From a bacterium (lineage in GTDB: Bacteria; SZUA-182; DTGQ01; JAFGSM01), in NCBI GenBank assembly GCA_049472355.1, contig JBLIRP010000045.1, forward strand, positions 1 to 31,167: DNA of 31,167 bases. The letters run 5' to 3'. A model generated the notes under the pieces. The model had not been told where the DNA came from. It worked only from the letters and a program-made list of their open reading frames with translations, and did no database searches. This document shows, piece by piece, positions 25,958 through 31,167 of this stretch (positions are counted from its first letter, which is position 1; each line of letters opens with the position of its first letter). A program made the translations under genes and the position numbers.

Positions 25958-26820
25958 ACGCTTTTGATCCTGAAGCTATTCAAATCCAGCGTGCTCTCCC
26001 ATTGGGGCAACCTTTCAGCCGGGCCTTCGATCCGCACGAGCGGGGGGTTGCGCTCCGCAAGTGCATTGATCTTCGCCCACAGTGTGATGTCTCCCCAGAA
26101 TTGCGGAGGCGTATCCGCCGCTGCCACGGATGAGAAGATTGTGCCCGGCGTATCACAGCCGCTACGGATGGCATCAAGGGCGAGATGCTCCAGCCGTCCC
26201 AGTCCGGTTGTCGGGTCCGGCTGTTCCTGAAGCCATCGCCTCACTGCCGGGGGTATCCATGGCAGGGGTGCGTCGATTCCTTCAGCCAGATCGGAAAACA
26301 GGGCCGAATCCTGCAGGGCAAATGCCCTGTCCACGAGGGCGGCGTACCGGAACTGAGAATCCGTGACCGGGTGTCTGCGGTCATACATCGAGGCAAACTG
26401 AGAGGGCTGAATCTGGCCAAGACCGTTGAACGGCACGATTCCCGGAAATGCATCCACACAGAGAAGCTCCGCCCTCCGGATGCCCTGGTGCATCATGCAG
26501 GTCAGGATGTGCACGAGCATAGACTGATCGAACAGACATGCGTCAAACCACAGGACGATGCGGTCATAGCCTGCCGCATCTGCGAGCTTCCGGTATTGGT
26601 TGTTCAGCGTTTTTAAAACAAACTCCCGGTCCAGTCCGCCGGCGGTTGTCTGCTCAAGGAACCACGCGCGGGCGTTGAGGGTGTCCCCATCGGGCCAGCC
26701 GGGGTTGCGGGGGCCATCGTAAAGGATATCGTGCCATACGAACACCTCCCCGGAAATACCCGACTTTGACAGGCTGCCCCCTGCGCGGTCGCCGCTCGTG
26801 ATATGAAGCACATCACTCAT
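25924..26820 (-). CDS. DUF1835-domain protein
   Basis: MSDVLHITSGD..VWHDILYDGP, IVLWFDACLFDQ, FNGLGQI, GLGRLE, FWGD; AGGGG SD before ATG 26820. Confidence 0.75.
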   Translation of the reverse strand: MSDVLHITSGDRAGGSLSKSGISGEVFVWHDILYDGPRNPGWPDGDTLNARAWFLEQTTAGGLDREFVLKTLNNQYRKLADAAGYDRIVLWFDACLFDQSMLVHILTCMMHQGIRRAELLCVDAFPGIVPFNGLGQIQPSQFASMYDRRHPVTDSQFRYAALVDRAFALQDSALFSDLAEGIDAPLPWIPPAVRRWLQEQPDPTTGLGRLEHLALDAIRSGCDTPGTIFSSVAAADTPPQFWGDITLWAKINALAERNPPLVRIEGPAERLPQWESTLDLNSFRIKSVSNKPDAGDLK

Positions 26821-26855
26821 GAAACTAATCCCCTTTGCCGATAGTGGCTCATGGG

Positions 26856-27227
26856 TCAGGTGCCTCGCAGGGACTGCCGGTACAGCGACTCTCCGGATGC
26901 GGTGAGCTTCTCTATCCACATCTCCTTGAGGGCACGGAGATCCTCGGTTGGATCGCAGGCCGGTTCATCTCGCGGCTCCAGTCGGTCCAGCACCTCGAAC
27001 TCGAATGCATCAGGGCCGAGTTCATCCCAGTCCCTCTGCAAATCCTTATCGGGGTGCGCACCGTTTTCGAGCTGAAACCGCTGGCGGTTCAGCATGCCGG
27101 GAAGGTTGGCGGTCGATCCGATCAGCGACCTCCCCGTCTTGATGTTGCGAACCCGATAGATGCCTGCGGGCCGGGGCGTTTCCTTGTACTCGCGAATGCG
27201 TGTTTTGCGGTCAATCATCTGACTCAT
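26856..27227 (-). CDS. Small GIY-YIG superfamily protein
   Basis: YKETPRPAGIYRVRN..SLIGST.NL..LNRQRFQLENGAHP..LQRDW..FEFEVLD; AGGAG SD before ATG 27227. Confidence 0.8.
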   Translation of the reverse strand: MSQMIDRKTRIREYKETPRPAGIYRVRNIKTGRSLIGSTANLPGMLNRQRFQLENGAHPDKDLQRDWDELGPDAFEFEVLDRLEPRDEPACDPTEDLRALKEMWIEKLTASGESLYRQSLRGT

Positions 27228-27247
27228 GATAGTCTCCTGCACCGGCT

Positions 27248-28972
27248 TTACCCGGATGACACCCAGAGATCCACCGGTTGAAATCGATCCACATCGACGA
27301 GGCCCTTATCCGTGATCTTGAGCCGTGGAATCACGGGCAGGGCCATGAATGAAAGCGCCATGAAGGGATGATCCAGGCCGCTCCCGAGGGAGCGCGCCGC
27401 CTGCTCCACCCGTCTCCAGGCGCATGCCACCTCATGCAGAGGCTTATCGGACATGAGGCCAGCAATGGGAAGGGGGAGCGTTGCCAAAATCCTTTCCCCG
27501 GACACGACCACAGCCCCTCCCCTCATTTCCTCTATCCGCCTCACGGCATGGAATATATCCCTGTCATTTGTCCCCACCGCGATGATGTTATGTGAATCAT
27601 GAGCCACGGAGGATGCAATAGCCCCCGTCCTGAGGCCGAATCCCCGTATAAATCCAAGCCCGATGTTCCCTGTTCCTTTATGCCTTTCCACAACAGCGAT
27701 CTTTAGTATGTCGTGTTCCGGGTCTGCTACGGCGAGGCCATTCTCAATGTGCGGCCTTGTTCTGAGCACCTCCGTAACGAGCTGGTTTTTCACAAGCCCG
27801 ATCACCTGTATGGATCCATCCGATTCTGCTCGAATCCTGAATGAGTCGATAGCATAGGGTTTGATGCGCATGGAGCTGAGGTCATCCGAGAAGGTGCGAC
27901 CAGGAAATTCATATTTCATCCTGCCTTCGGCATAGATCTGTTGACCCTTTTTGAATACGGATCGTATGGTAATTGGTTTCAATGCAGATACCCTGAGGAT
28001 ATCTGCGTCATAGCCGGGGGCTATGGCCCCGGATCGCTTCAACCCGAAATATCGGGCGGGGTTCAGCGTCACCATCTGGATGGCGAGAAGGGGATCCAAT
28101 CCCTCTGAAATGGCCACATTCAAGATATGATTGATGTGGCCCTTGTCCATCAAGTCATCAGGATGGACATCATCCGTGACAAACATGCATCTTCTCGCAG
28201 AGCAGGGCGAGACAAGGGGCAGGAGGGACTTCAGATTCTTTGCCAGGGAGCCCTCACGGATCATGACATGCATCCCCCGCCTCAGTTTCTCCCGTGCTTC
28301 ATCTATGGAGCTGCACTCATGATCGGATTCGGGCCCTGCCAGAATATAGGCATTCAGATCCTTGCCTGTAAGAAGCGGGGCATGGCCATCGATGACTGCG
28401 TTTTTAAACACCGCTATTTTTGAGAGGGATTCATCCCCCCCGTCAATGACACCGGGGACATTCATCACCTCTGCGAGACCCAAAACCCCGGGTTTCCCTC
28501 TAAATCCCGCGATATCATGTGCATCCAACCGGGCGCCGGATGTCTCCATATCGGTTGCAGGCACACAGGAGGGAATGAGCAGGAATATATCCACGGGGAG
28601 CCCAGTGCCTGCATGCAGCATGTAGTCGATACCCTTGCTGCCAAGTACATTCGCAATCTCATGGGGGTCCGCCACCACAGCGGTTGTCCCCATGGGAAGG
28701 ACCGCCCTGGAAAATTCTGCAGGGGAGAGCATGGTGCTTTCTATGTGCACATGACCATCGATAAAACCGGGAACAAGATAATCCCCTGCAATGTCAATAG
28801 CATTTGGTCCATCGTAGTGCCCCACACCGGCAATCACGCCATCGTGGATGGCCACATCCGATGACTCGACCTCGCAGGAGAAGGTATTCACCACCCTCCC
28901 GTTTTTTAGGACCAATGCAGGGGGATGCACGCCCCTTGCAACCTCAATCAGCCTTTTTAGATCCTTGCTCAT
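27248..28972 (-). CDS. ade: Adenine deaminase
   Basis: Start MSKDLKRLIEVARG; PGFIDGHVHIESTML, ADPHEIANVLG, PSCVPAT, LAEVMN, DGHAP, SDHEC, IREGS, VTDD, VAHDSHN, LPVIPRLKITDKGL. Confidence 0.95.
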   Translation of the reverse strand: MSKDLKRLIEVARGVHPPALVLKNGRVVNTFSCEVESSDVAIHDGVIAGVGHYDGPNAIDIAGDYLVPGFIDGHVHIESTMLSPAEFSRAVLPMGTTAVVADPHEIANVLGSKGIDYMLHAGTGLPVDIFLLIPSCVPATDMETSGARLDAHDIAGFRGKPGVLGLAEVMNVPGVIDGGDESLSKIAVFKNAVIDGHAPLLTGKDLNAYILAGPESDHECSSIDEAREKLRRGMHVMIREGSLAKNLKSLLPLVSPCSARRCMFVTDDVHPDDLMDKGHINHILNVAISEGLDPLLAIQMVTLNPARYFGLKRSGAIAPGYDADILRVSALKPITIRSVFKKGQQIYAEGRMKYEFPGRTFSDDLSSMRIKPYAIDSFRIRAESDGSIQVIGLVKNQLVTEVLRTRPHIENGLAVADPEHDILKIAVVERHKGTGNIGLGFIRGFGLRTGAIASSVAHDSHNIIAVGTNDRDIFHAVRRIEEMRGGAVVVSGERILATLPLPIAGLMSDKPLHEVACAWRRVEQAARSLGSGLDHPFMALSFMALPVIPRLKITDKGLVDVDRFQPVDLWVSSG

Positions 28973-29134
28973 AGTGTGACGCAAATATGCTCTTATTGGG
29001 TGACGGCGTGCCGCAGGAACAGCCCAATACCCCTCTTGACGCCTGTGAGGAATCGATTGTTCCTGCCCTTTAGGCTTCCAACTTTTCAATCCCGATATGC
29101 CATTAATTCTACAAATACTCAGAAGGAAATGAAA

Positions 29135-29212
29135 GTGGGCGTGCTGTTCGGCTTCTTCCCCGCGCAAAAGGCCGCCCGCATCAACCCCATCGATGCCCTC
29201 AGGCACGAGTAG
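29135..29212 (+). pseudogene. C-terminal remnant of a MacB/FtsX-family ABC permease
   Basis: VGVLFGFFPAQKAARINPIDALRHE* is the typical MacB C-terminus; upstream sequence is unrelated and AT-rich. Confidence 0.8.
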
Positions 29213-29354
29213 ATACATCAAGCATGCTTCACATATGGGAAAAAGCCCATCCGCCAATAGCCAGCCACCGGATGCCTTAAATCCAGTTTTTTTGACTATG
29301 TCACGAATCCATGTTATCATAATATCAAATTTTGTAAGCATGGAGCTATTCAAT

Positions 29355-29599
29355 ATGGTAAGAACTCAGGTTCAATTAACAGAGAAACAAGCCGAGCTTA
29401 TAAAAAAATTGGCTAAGCAAAAAGGTGTATCTATGGCAGAGATTGTTCGTCAAGGGATAAATGCCATTTTTGAAGAAGAGAAGGCTATTATTACTGAAAA
29501 AAACAAAAACGTGCACTTGCTGCAGTAGGCAAATTTCATTCCGGTCTAAGTGATATTTCTGAAAAACACGATGAATATCTGGAAGAGACCTATAAGTGA
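29355..29599 (+). pseudogene. CopG/RHH (VapB-like) antitoxin, frameshifted
   Basis: MVRTQVQLTEKQAELIKKLAKQKGVSMAEIVRQGI continues in the -1 frame after the A7 run (29497-29503) as QKRALAAVGKFHSGLSDISEKHDEYLEETYK*. Confidence 0.8.
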
Positions 29600-29655
29600 G
29601 CATAATCTTTATTGACACATCAGCATTATACTTAAATGTTGCTCGAAATTTCTAA
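29596..29655 (+). pseudogene. vapC: Truncated PIN-domain (VapC) toxin N-terminus
   Basis: GTG overlaps the antitoxin TGA (GTGA). MSIIFIDTSALY is the first PIN motif; unrelated sequence and a stop follow. Confidence 0.7.
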
Positions 29656-29990
29656 CAAAGCCATGAACGGCTTATTACATAAGGGGTTTCAGGGATCAAG
29701 CCTCTTAGAAGCCTGAAAATACTGACAAGGAGAGGAAGTGATCTCCCTGCTGCGTATCCACGCAAAGATCTCGCATTGTTTAAGTATCAACAATGTTTTT
29801 AGTGATCACAGGGAGATCATCATAAAGTATATCACCAAGACCAGGAGACAGTAAACCCTGTTTTCTCCTAAACGAAAAATAATTTAATTTCAATGAGTTA
29901 TTTATTGTACTGGACATCGCTCACTGGTTAATATACAGTAGAATCGCCTCCGTGCGGTTGTTATCATCAACAAACAAAACGGAGGCATTC

Positions 29991-31167
29991 ATGAATTACA
30001 GCGAGTATAGAGATTGGGTATCCTGTTATATAGGGGTAAAGGGGCGGATCAAAAAGGTCTGCACCGGATACATCCTCTTTCTCATGGTGTCGGTGCGCAA
30101 GCATTCATTGGATGAGGCATCCCGCCTTTTCGAGCACAGCACATCAGGATACAGCAAGTTTTTAAAAAACCATGCGGGATGAGCGGTGAAGAGTTTAGCC
30201 CATCTATCCCGCAAGCAGGCAAAAAGGATAGCCAAGGACCTGAAGCATTTGGCAGCCGATAAACTCCCGTGGAAGATTGCGATTGTCGTTGACAGCACAA
30301 TACAAAAAAGATCGACCAGGCATACGGACAATGCCCAGCGATTCAACCATGGAAAGGGGTTTGTCATCGGCCATCAATGGACCAATAGCATCATGCTGCT
30401 CAACGACACGGTCGTGCCGCTTCCCCCGATCCCCTTTCATACCAGGAATTATTGCCAAAAACATGCCCTTGAGTATACAACGGAACATGACTTGGTTGCC
30501 GCATATATAAAGGACCTGCAGTTAGAAGACTATATCGGGCCATATCGTGATCAGGAGGTAGTGGTCCTTGCCGACAGCGGCTATGACAACAAAAAGATCC
30601 AGAATGCGGTTGCACAAAGGAAGTGGAATTTTATTATCTCCCTGGGCAAGACCCGGAGTGTGAAGTCCGAGAAGACCTATGCAGATACCCCTGAATCGAA
30701 GGGTTGGATCACGGTGGCTGATCTTTTCAGGAATCATCGCAGGCTCAAGTGGCAGACTATTCGTATTGCTGCGAATAGTTCGAAAAGGAAGCGAATTGAT
30801 TTTCGCGCCCGACAACTCGTTGGCTATCTGCGCTCCGTGGGGATGGTCAAATTGGTTTGTTCGGAATTTAAGAAAAGACCGGATGGTCGAAGAAAATACT
30901 TGGCCTGCAATGATCTTAACGCAACGCTTCGGCACATCGTGATGGGGTACCGCATGCGATGGCGTATTGAGATCTTCCATAAGGAGGTGAAAATGCACCT
31001 TGGGTTTGAGGATGTATCCACCCGATGGTTCCAATCGGTAACGGCCCATGTCCACTGGGTGTACTGTGCCTACATCCTGCTCCATGCCCCTCCCCCCGGG
31101 ATCTCGGACCAGGCTCAGTCCCTGGTCGAAAGGCAGCGCAAGATAAGGCAGATAATTGACTCAAGGC
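29991..31167 (+). mobile_element. DDE transposase, IS4/IS701-like, with in-frame TGA at 30180-30182; runs off window
   Basis: GGAGG SD and ATG 29991. The same frame continues past the stop: IAIVVDST, VLADSGYD, YRMRWRIEIFHKEVK (Y-2-R-3-E-6-K signature). Confidence 0.88.

Noticed and set aside
28973..29353. 127-aa N-terminal extension of adenine deaminase in the ORF track
   Set aside because: It overlaps the antisense MacB remnant; family similarity begins at MSKDLKRLIEVARG (28972).
29649..29680. attC-like start TTCTAACAAAGCCATGAAC
   Set aside because: No complementary L' box or GTTRRRY found downstream.

Overview
Bacterial chromosomal window of moderately high GC; gene content suggests a Gram-negative organism, possibly Desulfobacterota-like (inference). 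From left to right: a citrate synthase cut by the window edge; a GT-C-like membrane protein; a PAS HisKA_2 kinase with its receiver/PAS/Zn-ribbon partner; an XRE regulator preceded by a promoter- and terminator-bounded ~280-nt structured non-coding transcript; a metallophosphoesterase and a GAF-HD-GYP gene bracketed by inverted ~78-bp repeats; and a sigma54-preceded five-gene DUF11 surface-structure operon (11555-23052). Then come a secreted Pro/Leu-rich protein with a long structured leader, a long HPr fusion, DUF1835, GIY-YIG-like and adenine deaminase genes, and a decayed end (MacB tail, broken vapBC, IS4/IS701-like transposase with an in-frame stop). Main discovery candidate: the operon's DUF11 domains are split into N-terminal 'donor' hairpins and C-terminal 'acceptor' halves. 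Their distribution (barrel = donor only, two pilins = both, adhesin = acceptor only, small protein = acceptor lacking Lys/Asp) predicts a strand-complemented, possibly isopeptide-crosslinked, outer-membrane-anchored fibre.
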